Positions 24,430 to 37,329 of a stretch of 64,000 nucleotides of DNA are shown here, in pieces. The DNA is from Callorhinchus milii (Eukaryota): the NCBI RefSeq assembly GCF_018977255.1, contig NW_024704770.1, forward strand, positions 620,001-684,000, in the 5' to 3' direction. The translations under genes were made by a program, and so were the position numbers. Under the pieces are notes generated by a model, which worked only from the letters and a program-made list of their open reading frames with translations, was not told where the DNA came from and did not search any database. The first letter of the stretch is position 1, and the number at the start of each line of letters is the position of its first letter.

Positions 24430-25118
24430 GTGACGGCTCCTCATCTGCTCATAACTCCCAGGACCAGGAATCTGTGTGTAACTCCATGACCAGTGACGCC
24501 GCGTGTAACCCCGTGACCAGTGACGCCGCGTGTAACCCCGTGACCAGTGACCCCGCGTGTAACCCCGGGAGCATTGACGCCGCATGTAACTCCGTGTCCA
24601 GTAACCCTGCATGTAACCCCGTGACCAGTGACGCCGCGTGTAACCCCGTGACCAGTGACCCCGCGTTTAACCCCGTGACCAGTGACGCCGCGTGTAGCCC
24701 TGTGATCAGTGACGCCGCGTGTTGCCCCATGACCAGTGACGCCGCGTGTAACCCCGTGACCAGTGACGCCGCGTGTTGCCCCGTGACCAGTGACCCCGCG
24801 TGTAGCCCCGTGACCAGTGACGGCGCGTGTTGCCCCGTGACCAGTGACGCCGCATGTTGCCCCGTGACCAGTGACGCCGCGTGTAACCCCGTGACCAGTG
24901 ACGCCGCGTGTTGCCCCGTGACCAGTGACGCCGCGTGTTGCCCCGTGACCAGTGACGCCGCGTGTTGCCCCGTGACCAGTGACGCCGCGTGTTGCCCCGT
25001 GACCAGCGGTGCTGTTACTCACACAGGGACACCTCGGGCTGAAGTGACGGTGTCGGCCATTGCCCATTGTCATGGCCGGGATGAGGATGAGGATGTTCTG
25101 CCTCTGTCCCCACAGTGA
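24430..25118 (+). CDS. WC1-like receptor: terminal exon with 19 x 27-bp coding repeat (VTSDAAC[N/C/S]P)
   Basis: Acceptor cttgtctgacag|GT, phase 1, in frame with the preceding exon. Open to TGA at 25116-25118. Repeat spans 24486-24998. Confidence 0.6.
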
Positions 25119-25299
25119 GAACGGAGCCACTGAATCCCCTCAGTGTGAAGCGCCGCTGTCGTTCTGAGCGTTTCCTCTGCACCAAATACCCACTGTGACC
25201 ATCAGTGGCCAAAGCACTGAGTCCGTCAGATCTTTAATAGCGACGCTTGAACTGGAGACATTTCAAAGGGGTTCTGCGGGGGGAGGGGTGGGGGTGGGG

Positions 25300-25605
25300 G
25301 AGTGTGTGGGGGGGCAGTGTGTGGGGGGGGGCAGTGTGTGGGTGGGGGCAGTGTGTGTATTTGGGGGGGGGCAGTGTGTGGGGGGGCAGTGTGTGGGGGG
25401 GGGTGGAGCAGTGTGTGGGGGGTGGAGCAGTGTGTGTGTGTGGGGGGCAGTGTGTGGGGGGGGGGACAGTGTGTGGGGGGGGCAGTGTGTGTGTGGGGGG
25501 GCAGTGTGTGGTGGGGGGCAGTGTGTGGGGGGCAGTGTGTGGGGGGGCAGTGTGAGGGGCAGTGTGGGGGGGGCAGTGTGTGGGGGGCAGTGTGGGGGGG
25601 TAATG
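25300..25605. repeat. cagtgtgtggggggg minisatellite
   Basis: Imperfect tandem repeats. Confidence 0.9.
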
Positions 25606-26447
25606 GCGGGGGGGGGAGGGGGAGTAGCCGAGGTGTCTCGTGGCACAGACGAGAAGATCTGAATGGGGTTTCCGTGGTGGACATTCAGTGGTCGAGCGCC
25701 TGAGGCTCAGGTCATTGTGACTGACGGCTTCACACAGACGCGGCTTTGCTGATAATATTTGAGTCCAATTGGTTCTGTTTGTAACGAGACTTGAACTGCG
25801 TTTCTTTAAAGGGTAAACGCTTCTCACATTTCCGGTGGACAAAGCTGTCAAAAAGCCAATGAAATTTTCGGTGTATAAACGGTTTTGCTTTTGTGGTTTG
25901 GGTTAAAATCCTCACTTTGGGACATCCTTCTGACGGCGAAGGCTCTGTACTCGTCAGCGCTTCTTTTTGCCGATCGCTTTGCGAATATAACTGTGGAGTA
26001 GATTTTATATGATGTAAAATAAAACTTTCTCATAAACCTCCCGACTGAGCGTTACGTATGTTTTACAGATAGAGACCGACATTTTGCTCACAAAATACAC
26101 AGTCACTACACTTTACAGTGCAGTCCGTGAAGCGCTTTGAGACGTCTCAAAGATGTGATAATATCAAAGATGAGATCGGGCGCTTTCTCAATAATAATAA
26201 TCGTCGCATTTGAACGCGACTCAGGAACCTGACGGCCGAGACCTCCACAGGGGCCGCGCTCGATTCTGACCAAACATGTCACCTTGGGGCCAGTTCAGCT
26301 CCATGGAGACCCCTCACACCCCCCGCCCACGGACAACAGTCACCACACGGTGTTTGACATCCGACAAGTCCCTTTGAGCCCCCACTGGGTGGACGGCCGG
26401 TACCAGGAGCTCCTGTGGGCTTCACGGTGGGCAACACGGCTCAGTGG

Positions 26448-26583
26448 AGGAGGACAAGTGAAGTGACTGAGAACCTGGTGGGAAGTCACACAGTGCAACA
26501 CCGCCCTCTGGCGGCAGCAAAGTGGAACTGTAGGTTTTGATTTGGAATTTGAACCCAAAGGAACTCACAGTAAATGGTTCTGT
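26448..26583 (-). repeat. Inverted copy of the 10116-10251 element
   Basis: Reverse-complement alignment. Confidence 0.85.
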
Positions 26584-27193
26584 TCCTCAAACCCACAACA
26601 GCCACCGCGAGAGATGGAGGAGAAGGGATGTCTCTGTCTGACCGCTCTCAGCATTAGATGGTGATAACCAGACCGAGGGCCCGAGGGGTAAAGTGACTGT
26701 CGTGGGATTCAGTCTTTATTGATATAAACGCAGGAAAAGGACAACAACGGATGTGTCACTTATAACACAACACTGAGGAAAAGCTCCGATGGCGACACTC
26801 CGTGAAGGAGGAGAAATAAAGGCCGTTTGGTGTCGGTGATGGAAAGGGAAGAATTGATGAAGTGACTGTTGGAGCTGTAATACCGCCGTCAGCCACTGGG
26901 GGCGGTGTTGTACTGTGAACACAGGGAGGAGTTCCAGTGCCGCACCGCCACCTGCGGCCATGTGCGGTACTGCAGCCGCACCGCCATTGCTGTCCCCGGG
27001 ACTTGGGAGCATTCCCAGTGAAGTGACTGTTGTAGTTGTGGGGAACCCGGAAACTGGTAATCAGTGGTTTCCTGCGGTGACTCCGAGATGGCGACAGTCA
27101 CGAGTCGCTCCTGAGCCTCGAGGCACATGGGGGCGGCGGTGGGGCGTCCGGACTGAAGTTGGGGCATCGGGAGCGCCGGGGCCGCCCTGCCCC

Positions 27194-27385
27194 NNNNNNN
27201 NNNNNNNNNNNNNNNNNNNNNNNNNNNNNNNNNNNNNNNNNNNNNNNNNNNNNNNNNNNNNNNNNNNNNNNNNNNNNNNNNNNNNNNNNNNNNNNNNNNN
27301 NNNNNNNNNNNNNNNNNNNNNNNNNNNNNNNNNNNNNNNNNNNNNNNNNNNNNNNNNNNNNNNNNNNNNNNNNNNNNNNNNNNNN
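27194..27385. other. Assembly gap within a ccctgccccg repeat
   Basis: Run of N. Confidence 1.
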
Positions 27386-27952
27386 CCTACCCAGCCCTGC
27401 CCCGCCCTGCCCCGCCCAGCCCTGCCCTGCCCCTGCCCTGCCCCGCCCTGCCCCGCCCTGCCCGGCCCAGTGGACTAACCATGTCTCGCTGAGCCCTCCT
27501 GTCCGCTCCGAGTCTCAGAGTGTGCACATTGGCTGCTGCAATGGACCTGAGCTGTTACGGTCAATTGTCAATTGAACTCCCGCTCCACCCTCCTCTCCCT
27601 CCGCTGCCCCAACTCCTGACCCTCCTCGACTCCCCCACGGCCTCCCTCTGCTCCTCCCTTCACATCCTTTGTTGTGCCCACCGTGGTGCACACCGTCGGC
27701 TGTCTGACAGCGCCTGTGCTGATTGCCCCTTCCCCCACTCTCACCGCAAGGCCACCGGCCCTCACTCACGGGAGCCAACCTGTCCTCCCTCACTCACATC
27801 CCCATCCAACCCGTCTGCCCACCCCCTCCCACCCCTCATCCCTCGGCCGTTCCCCTCCCCCTCCGGAGCCCAACGCCTTGGGATGTCCTCCCGATGTGAA
27901 AAGCGCTATACAAATGTAATATTGTTGTATACTTTCGTCCCCGACCCCAACC

Positions 27953-28716
27953 GTCAGTGCAACCGAGTCATTCTTATCGAAGGATGGAATGTCTCTGTGT
28001 GTTTAATGTTAGAGAGCACACGGCTGAGGTCCAGTCCTCCATCTCCTCCCCCACCAACTGCTTCCGATGTTAAAAACAGGTGACAGATCAATAAACCCTC
28101 AGTGACATCACAGCCCATCACAGGGGCAGAGGAAGGACCACACGGCTCCTGTCGCTGTAATACCGCGTTCAGCCACAGAGGGCGGTGTTGCACTGCGGAG
28201 CCAACAATTCACAGCCAACACCGCCCTCTGCTGGTCACACCCCCTCCTCACCCTCACCAGCCCCGCCCCCTCCCCACCCAGCCCCGCCCCCTCCCCACCC
28301 AGCCCCGCCCCCTCCCCACCCAGCCCCGCCCCCTCCCCACCCAGCCCCGCCCCCTCCTCACCCAGCCCCGCCCCCTCCCCACCAGCCCCGCCCCCTCCCC
28401 ACCCAGCCCCGCCCCCTCCTCACCCAGCCCCGCCCCTCCTCACCCAGCCCCGCCCCCTCCACACCCAGCCCCGCCCCCTCCCCACCCAGCCCTCCCCCCC
28501 GCCCCCTCCCCACCCAGCCCTGCCCCCCGCCCCCCCCCCCGCCCCCCTCCACCCAGCCCCCCTCATCACAGCCCCGCCCCCTCCACACAGCCCGCCCCCT
28601 CCTCACCAGCCCGCCCCCTCCACACCCCGTCCTCCCCACCTCACACAGCCCCTCCCCCTCCTCACACAGCCCCTCCCCCTCCTCACACAGCCCCTCCCCC
28701 TCCTCACACAGCCCCT
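27953..28716 (+). repeat. Left arm of the inverted repeat bracketing the IgM locus (~300 bp unique plus GC-box minisatellite)
   Basis: Reverse complement of 53316 to ~52140. Contains AGTGACATCA (28101-28110), a 15-bp inverted pair (28176-28190 / 28216-28230) and (cccacccagccccgccccct)n. Confidence 0.9.
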
Positions 28717-30681
28717 CTCAGAGTGAAAGAGAAAGACAAACATTTTATTCTTTATTGAAAAACAAATATTAAGATATTTCCGTATTAAAATTTGAGAAAT
28801 AAACAGAAAATCTGTGAATGTTGTAAATGTGACGGAGGAAGGTTGAGGGATGACTTGATAAAGGCCTTTAAATTGGTAAAGCTGATATCGGGAATTTATT
28901 GCCAATGTTCAGTGAATTAGTGATTAAATGGCATCAATTTAAGATAGTTTGCAAATGAGCAAATGCTGACGTTAGGAGATTGTTTTTCACACTCAGATTT
29001 GTTTGGGTACGGAATGGGCCGATGGGAACAGTTGTTATGAAAGAATCCATATTATTTTTGAACATTGAGGCAGAAACAGAGATTAAAAACATAGTCATAT
29101 GTAGTGAATATGAAAAGGGAAGTAAATGGGACAGAAGATTTCTCTTAAATGAGCCGCAGACATACAATGGACAAATTAACTTCTCTGCACTGTAAATTTC
29201 TTTGGTTCTATGATTCAGGGAATAAAAGACACTAAATTATTGTTCTCTCAGATGTTGTTTCACATGAGGTAATCTTTCAAAGTATCTGCTTTAACACCTG
29301 TAGTATACAGCACATCCACACGCAATATAATAATCTTTACATGTTAGAGCACATGGTTCTTATCCAGAAGACGTGTTAAACGCTTCACATGATACACTGC
29401 AGAGTTTAGTGGCTGTATTTAGCACCGGCCATACAGTGTGTATCAGTCTGTTTCACACGGCAGCAGCTTTCGACAACATAATAAGACGCTGTCTGTACAA
29501 TTCAAACACTATTATCATATCCAGTAAAAGACTGTGTTGTGTTGTGGGGATTGTGGGTCTGAATATCTGGAGACATTCACTGCTGACTTTTCCAAACAGA
29601 GGTTCGGGATCTTTAATGTCCACAGAAACAGAGCGACCAAACCTCCGTCAGTACAGCTCAGCCCCTGCACTGCGTTGCAGTGCCAGACAGAAGTTCATCA
29701 GTTCACGTGCAGACGTGGGGCTTGAACCCACGGTGTCTGACTGACGGGCGAGAGCTGCCATTGAGCCGGGTTAATGCACACAGTTAGTGGTCGGCTCTGA
29801 GCTCAAAGTCTCAGTGTGGGGATTGAACCCACAACCTTTTGGCTCAGAAGAGAGAGTCCGGCCCAATGAGCCATGTGAATGGGCAGAGTTCAGGGGGTCC
29901 TCAGCTTTCAGACAGACAGAATTCAAGCATTTTAATGATTACATTTCTGGAAGATTTAAGCTTTGTAACATATGTATTCTGGTATTTGTCAGTGGTTTGT
30001 TATCAGGTAATATTAATGCTGTCGTGTGAAGTGTTCCCCGATAGTGATAAATGCCGATCAAGTTTTTATATCCTCTGCAGAACAATATCTGATCCTTTTA
30101 TTTGACAATTATTTGATTTCCACAGACATAAGGCGTGTGTGGGAGAACGCTCCGTGTTGTTGGGTGGAGTATTTGTAACCAGTTTCCAGCAGATGGTTTC
30201 AGGTCAGGTTTATATTATATTAAGAAGAAGCCGCTCTAATTTAGTGTCAGACAGTGCAGGTGTTTCCTGCGGATCAGAAACCGACTCCTTCTCAGATCAT
30301 CACGTGGCCAATGTCAATGATTTCTTGTAAATGTTGTTTGAACCACAGTGACCCGGGACAGCAGCATCCAGTCCAGTGTTTGTCAACGTCAATTTCTCTC
30401 CAAGTTATACATTGTAGACACATTTGTTGTTTTCTAATTTGCCTTTGGTTATAATAATAATAATAATAATAATAATCCTTGGCTTTGATATACCGCTTTT
30501 CACGTCGGGAGGACGTCCCAAAGCGCTTCACAGAACACACTGTAAAGTGAATTGACTGTATATTTGTGGGCGAACGCGGCAGTCAATTGCGCACAGCAAT
30601 GTCCCACAAACAGTCGTAGATTGAAAATGACCAATTTATTATTGTTTTGGGTTTTGGAGGGATTATTATTTATGGAGACCA

Positions 30682-30845
30682 AGGGAGGTGTGCGGGGGGA
30701 GAGGAGGGTGTGTGTGGGTTGGGGAGGTGTGCAGGGGGAGAGGAGGGTGTGTGTGGGTTGGGGAGGTGTGCAGGGGGAGAGGAGGGTGTGTGTGGGTTGG
30801 GGAGGTGTGCAGGGGGAGAGGAGGGTGTGTGTGGGTTGGGGAGGT
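30682..30845. repeat. 39-bp minisatellite, ~4 copies
   Basis: gggaggtgtgcagggggagaggagggtgtgtgtgggttg in tandem. Confidence 0.9.
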
Positions 30846-31759
30846 GTGTATGTGTCGGGGAGGTGTTCGGGTGGTGGAGAGGGTTTTGGTATCTCATTGG
30901 TGGTGAACTGACTCCAAGATATACACTTTGCAACAAAATACAGCATTTCAGTCAACCCTCTGTGGGGGTCTCGATCATTCTGTTCCTGAGCCAAGTGTCT
31001 CCTCGGTATTCCAGACGCTGCTGTTGACAAACCCGCCAGCCGGCCAGCCTGCCTCATTGGCAGGACCAGAGGGGCAAACTGGTCAAAGGGGGCATTGGAG
31101 ATTTGTTCAGTTCAGGTCCTGTTAACCCCTCAGGCCAAAGCACCAATGGATAGGAAAGTTCTAACTGCTCAAGAAATAGCAAACTCGCCAGACACGGCAT
31201 CCAATCTCCAGCTGTGGAGTTTAACTTGTTAGACTCCAGTAGTTGCACATCCCCAGCCTGAGCCTTACTAACCAGCGCCCACTGAATTACGTCGGATAGA
31301 TCTGTTCATCAGAGAAGGCCGTTACACATTCCATTCCACACAAAAAGAGTTTCCACTACTGTTGGTTTCCTGAAAAATAATTGAAATTAAACTGTTCCCT
31401 AAACAAAGCTCTGTCTCTTGTATCTCTGCTTAATGCAAATTCTTCATCAACCATCTTCTCTCTCTCTCCCTCCCACACACACAAACACATATAATCATAA
31501 TATAGTATAACCTCCAGATATATATTATGCCTCTCGATATATCTGATTTTATTCATTGTTCCTCATAGAACATGACTCCGACTGAGGGAATGAGTCTCTT
31601 TGCTCTCTGTCCAGTCTATTGCCCAGACCTTTACTTTGGACAATCAGTGATGGCCATTTGCAGTCTGAACAACTTCTGTGCAGCTTCATGATGATTTCTG
31701 AGGATTTGAGCCTTAATTGGCTCAGGATGTCGCCCAACATCCTGTGTGTCCTCTCGGCG

Positions 31760-32545
31760 CCATATCATGGCATGGTCTGTGCTGCTGTGGGATCATAGAG
31801 ATGAACATCCTTCTCTTGTTGCTGAATTCCTTTCTGCTAAGACATCTTTAACAAGATGTAAAATGCTTGGATTTCTACACCTGAATACAACGGTCGGAAA
31901 GTTAAGAAAGAGTTGTATTGGAAGTTTGAATCTCCTTGATATGGAAATGATTCACGGTCAAAATTCCACGAGGGTCGAGATTTACTCTATTGATGTCACC
32001 TTTTGATCATTGCAGAACTTGGCTCACTTTAGAAGCCAATACAAATGCTGTGACCAGTTGGCAGTCGCTGATACAAGAAACTTAACCAAAACTGGCTTTA
32101 AATTTATGGCAGTATTTCCAAGTTCTGGAAACACCAAAATTCTGCATCAAACAGTAAAGCGCAACAGAAGTGAGATTCCTGCCCTGTTGTGCTCATTCTC
32201 AGGGAGGGTATTGGGAGGAGGCAAGTTACACATACAGATTGGAGAGCTTACCAGAGGACATGGGCTGTCACCAAAAATCAAAACAAATCTGCAGAAACAC
32301 TCTCAGTCAGCGAGCAGTACATGTGTGGACACGGTCCCTGGGTAGACGGTTGAAGCTGAATGTGTTGATTCTTTCAAAAGCAAATGATCAATTTGTTGAG
32401 GAAATAATATGTTGGGATACAACATAGAGTTTGGGACAAGACTTGTGCATGTGACTGCCAGGATGGTGGACGGTGAACTGGATGGACCACAGTCTTCTTT
32501 TGTCCAGCAATTCTTATGTTCTTATGTTCCTCTTATATTCTATCT
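31760..32545 (+). mobile_element. Decayed CR1 LINE 3' region
   Basis: Ends in ggatggaccacagtcttc...(ttcttatg)n, a CR1-like terminus. Upstream RT C-terminal remnants. Confidence 0.55.
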
Positions 32546-33757
32546 GATCTCTTACAATGGATCCGATCAGATTAAAAGGGGATATAACTGAGGATATTAA
32601 AATACTAAGCGCAGGACAGATCAAGGGCTGTGCTTTATCTTAGAAGAATAATTAAGATAAATGTTACATCACATTTCTGTACTAAGAGGGTTACCAGTAC
32701 TCATTAACTACTCATTAACAACAACACAACTTGTGCTTATGTATCACCCTTCACACGGGGCAGTGTCCTGGAGCACTTAATGAACAGAATTGACTGCCGA
32801 GGCTTGATGAAAAGTCGGCAAAACTGAACTGGGTAAAAAGATAAAATTGCGGGTATATGGTGAGAGCGCTGGGAAATGGTTAATATGTGAGATATGCAAA
32901 CAGCAACTTAGAAAAAAACAACAGGTAACAATGGGCACAGAAAGGTCAGACCAAATGTGCTTCTGTGCGGTCAATGTCTGCGTTACTGAGCGATGATGAC
33001 AATTTTAATTCTTGATCTGTTCATTTTCTTGAAGTCAATTAAATTGAAAAGGGTAAAACGGTCAAGTGATTATTGCACGTGTCTGTCTGGGAAATAAATC
33101 ATTCAAATTAAATTAATGAAAGATGTACTTATTGTTCCTATTTTCTGAAAATAAATCATCTCAGTAATAATCCTTCGGGTTTGGTGTGACGAGTTTCCCA
33201 GCAAGAGAATGTCTGAAAGCGTTTCAAGGGTTTATTGACAAGGGAGAAGGACTGAAGGACTGAACCTCCAACAACACAGCGCAGCCCCAGCACAGCATTG
33301 GAGTATTTTACAACCACAGACTCCATTATGTTCAAGTCCTGATGTGGGTTTGAACCTAAAACCTGTGTCTCAGAGAGAGGACGTGTCAAGTGGCAGATAA
33401 ACATTCTCCCAACTTCAATGATTGGATCGAATGAGTAACCAGTTTCAGGGAAGATTCATGTCCCTAATTGTGAACTGTACAGTGTAAAATGTCTGACACA
33501 GAGACTTCATTACGACAGCAAAAACATCTCGAGGTTCAGTGGCTGAGAGCCGGTGTGCAGCGTGAATGAGAGGCTGTTTAAAACAGCAATGGGCTGTTAC
33601 CTTTATAACCACATTCAAGTGGTTGATAACCTTTTCTCCTTTTGTATTCACACTGTTTACTTAATTCTATACCTTCCAGACTGTATAGCAGCATTACTGT
33701 AACATTAATAAAATAATTACGATTGAAAAACTTTTATTGCCTGCAAGATCCTTAATT

Positions 33758-34076
33758 GTGGAGTCCTGTAGCTCAGTGGTTAGAGCACTCGCTTTGCAAG
33801 TGAGAGACCTGAGTTCAATTCCCGGCAGAGGGCGAAACCTTGGGCAAGTTTCCTTACTCCACACAGAGCCTAATAATAATCCCTCCAAAACCAAAAACAA
33901 TAATAAATTGGTCATTTTCAATCTACGACTGTTTGTGGGACATTGCTGTGCGCAATTGGCTGCGGCGTTCGCCCACAATATACCGTCAATTCACTTTACA
34001 GTGTGTTCTGTGAAGCACTTTGGGACGTCCTCCCGACGTGAAAAGTGCTATATCAAATGCGAGGATTATTATTATT
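33758..34076 (+). mobile_element. Full-length young tRNA-derived SINE
   Basis: A/B boxes (tagctcagtgg, gagttcaattcc), family body and (att)n tail. Confidence 0.9.
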
Positions 34077-35784
34077 AATACTTTACTTTCCCAGGAAAAT
34101 ATTGCTCCACATATCTGAATGATGTGTTATCAGATGTGGGTGAGGATGAGTTTATCTTTTGTGCTGAAGTCAGCGCACACTGTAGAAGCCGGAGAGACAC
34201 TGTGTGTAAACTCAGCCTGAAGGAGGGAGCGCCCGGAGAAAGTCAGTGGCTACTCAGCAAATACCAAAAGCTGAAACCACACACAATAATAAATCATGAC
34301 AGTAATCATTAGAAGGGAATGTTTTATATAACTATTCACACAACAGGGGATAAAGGGATTCAGATCAAATTGACACCGAGAGACTTTAGGCCACCAATCC
34401 TATCCGGTTTCAGCCTGGGAGGTTTATGCTGTTATTAATAACAATGATAATAATTGCCTTTGGTTTAGTGCCTCTCATGTCCGCAGGACGTCCCAAAGAG
34501 TTTCACAGATTAAACTGTGAAGAGGATCCTGAGCCAACGCGGCAGCTCAACTGCCCACAGCTGGAATTTGGGCTTTATGGTCTCCCATTGAGGTGCTGCC
34601 CGGCTCAGGTTGTCCAGCTCAGCACAGGCAGGAGATGAAGCTCTGTGAATGTAGTAAACAGATACCACTCACATTGTGCTATAAATACTCTAACACAGAG
34701 CTGTGTGTTACTATATTAGAATAGCCATGTGTCTGAAGCTGTATCTGGGTGTGGATCTGATCACCGGGGGACGGAAACAGCTGCTGGTCACTGAAGCCAA
34801 GAAGCTGCTCAAGTGAGAAATATTGTTGCCCATAAATGTTCTCAGCAAAACCTTAACTGAAGTTGGACGTTCATTCAACAGCTTTTGTTTAATGCTGAGC
34901 TTCTGTGAGTCTGAAGGATTTGGAAATCAGGAGGCAAGACACAATTGACACAAAAGAAAGAGGAAAGAGAGGATTCAAACAGCTCTATAAGTTTGATCAC
35001 TTTTATTGATATTTCAGGCAAACAATACACAGAATCTGTAGACTTTTCAAACAGGATCAGAACACAAAAGATCAACTTCAGATTAAAATCAAAGGGCAGA
35101 GTAGCTCAGCCACCGTATTTCTGGATCGTTACACCACACAAATGTTAAACAGCAAATAAAGAATATCAGAGACACGTGAGGGACGTTATATGAAATACCA
35201 ACATTAATTATTATGACCAAAAGGCACATTGCAAAATAAACTAACAATAAGGAAAGTCACTAAAGTTCACGAAGTTGCACAATACAATGTTTACTTCCAT
35301 CGAATTTGTACAATGGGTGAAAAAAGAGATCAACAACAACAAGATTACATTTGTACAGCGCCTTTCATGTTGAGAGGACGTCCCAAGGTGCTGGACAGAC
35401 AGACTTACGGACCTGAGCTGGGGATTGGGGTGGGGACAATGTGGAGGACAGGGGGAGAAGCAGGGAGATCAAAAGCACGGTCGAAGAGGAGGGTCTTGAG
35501 GTGGGTCTTAAAGGTGGCGAGGGAGGGGGTGAGGCTGAGGGACTGCGGGATGGAGTTCCAGAGGGTGGGGGCAGAGTGGCAGATTGTCCGCCTACCAATA
35601 GTGAGGTGAGCAAGAATGGGGACGTGATGTCAGCTGGAGCCCACTGACCAGAGGGAGCAAACAAGATGGTCGGGGGTTAGGAGGTCTGAGAGGTGCGGGG
35701 GGAGCATATCACATCATCTTTCGCAAGACATTGATATTAAACACAAACTGACCAGGACCATCGGTGAAGCTGATGTTAAGAAGC

Positions 35785-35793
35785 TCATATTAC
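35785..35793 (-). CDS. IGHM: IgM membrane exon TM2 (V-I-stop)
   Basis: Acceptor cttttattttccag|GTA ATA TGA, phase 0 after TM1. Confidence 0.7.
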   Translation of the reverse strand, partial: VI

Positions 35794-36304
35794 CTGGAAA
35801 ATAAAAGTAAAGATATGATGAATAATTTTAGCCTGGGTGGAGAGTTAGTATTTAAGCTGTGTTTATTGGTGTATATATCTCCACACATGCACACCAGCAA
35901 ACTCACACACAAACACATGCACACACACAAACACACACAAGTCCAATTGATACTGTATGAATGGGTTTGGAGCTGCCGGGGACTGACACAGGCAGAAACC
36001 CTTCTCTCGGCGGCTTTAAAGTGTCCACAATACATCAAAAGATCCACATAATGTGTAAATGAGTCTTGCCCCTGGCCTGTGTCTATACCAGGTGAGCATA
36101 TGTCAGGTGTAATGGGGTGTGTAAGGTGATAGGATATGTTCATCGCCCTCACACAGTCTGGTCACAGGGATACCTGCCCTATAGGGACAGGGGCAGTGTC
36201 CCAGCAGTGGCTGCAATGAGCATCACTGTCATGTTCCCATGGAACAAGTATTTAACAGCAGCTGTCACATCACATCAGGGCCTCAATGAATTTACTCTCC
36301 TCAC

Positions 36305-36435
36305 CTTAATTAGAGTGATGGCTGCGCTGTATAAAATACTCAGGAAGAAGAGAATGATGAAGGTGGAAGCAGTTGGCCAGAGGTTACCACTTCCATCTTC
36401 TAGAAAACCTTCCAGCATCATCTCGTTTGGGTACT
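36305..36435 (-). CDS. IGHM: IgM membrane exon TM1
   Basis: ctcacag|AG...ATTAAG|gtgagg. EYPNEMMLEGFLEDGSGNLWPTASTFIILFFLSILYSAAITLIK carries the conserved antigen-receptor TM (CART) residues. Confidence 0.95.
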
Positions 36436-37329
36436 CTGTGAGGATAAAAAAAGAAGAAATATATTGAGATGGGTTTGAAATCTGAAACTTTTCTTCTTTT
36501 CCCTGTTTGAGTATTAATGTGTACAAAGTTTCCCAGTTGATCATGGGTTCCCTCCCTCTATTGATCCACAAGACGTCTCCTGCCAGTTATTGCAAGCCTT
36601 TGATTTTCAGGGAAATAAAGAAAAAATTGATGGTATTGTTTGTTTATTTGTTCAGAAAAAGTATTGAATTCAGAGGAGAATTTTGGGAACACTTTGAGAA
36701 AATTGAATTTGTGGAATTTCAGAATGAAATCCTCCCACTGAGACTCTGTTGGTAGAAAAAGGACAGATCTTCCCCAATCCTCCAATTCCACCTTCCTGCC
36801 CTGTTTTTCTACACGATCATACAGTAACAACAACAACAACAAAATTACATTTATATAGCGCCTTTCACGTCGGGAGGATGTCCCAAGGTGCTGGACAGAC
36901 AGAGTTAAGGACCCGAGCTGAAGGTCGGTGAGGGGGAGGGGGAAGGGCAGAGGGTGACGTACAGAGATCGAAAGCATGATCAAAGAGAAGGGTCTTGAGG
37001 TGGGTCATGAAGATGACAAGGGAGGGGGCAGAACGAAGGGACTGCGGGATGGACTTCCAGAGGGTGGGTGCAGAGTGGCGGAAGGCCCACCCGCCGATAC
37101 TGAGGCGAGCGAGGCGGGGTACGTGATGCAGGCCAGAGCCCACTGAGCGGAGAGATCAAACAGAATGGAGAGGATGAGGAGGTCAGTGAGGTAGGGGGGG
37201 AGCAACAGCATGGAGGGCTTTGATGGGAGGACCAGTATCTTAAACTGTATCCACTGTGTGATGGGAAGCCGGTGGAGTTGGGCAACGTGACACCGTCATT
37301 AATCAAATAGCAATTCACATTCCTCTACA

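Noticed and set aside
23830-24998. Regular repeat arrays as possible CRISPR-like structures
   Set aside because: These are head-to-tail tandem units without unique spacers, in a vertebrate genome.
25848-25990. Minus-strand exon-like ORF VIFAKRSAKRSADEY... with acceptor and dibasic sites
   Set aside because: No partner exons or recognisable family were found.
33758-33835. tRNA-like sequence with TGC at the anticodon position (similar heads at 2505, 14971, 44456, ~45038, ~49855)
   Set aside because: The acceptor stem does not pair and the sequence runs into a SINE body and tail, so it is a SINE head and not a tRNA gene.
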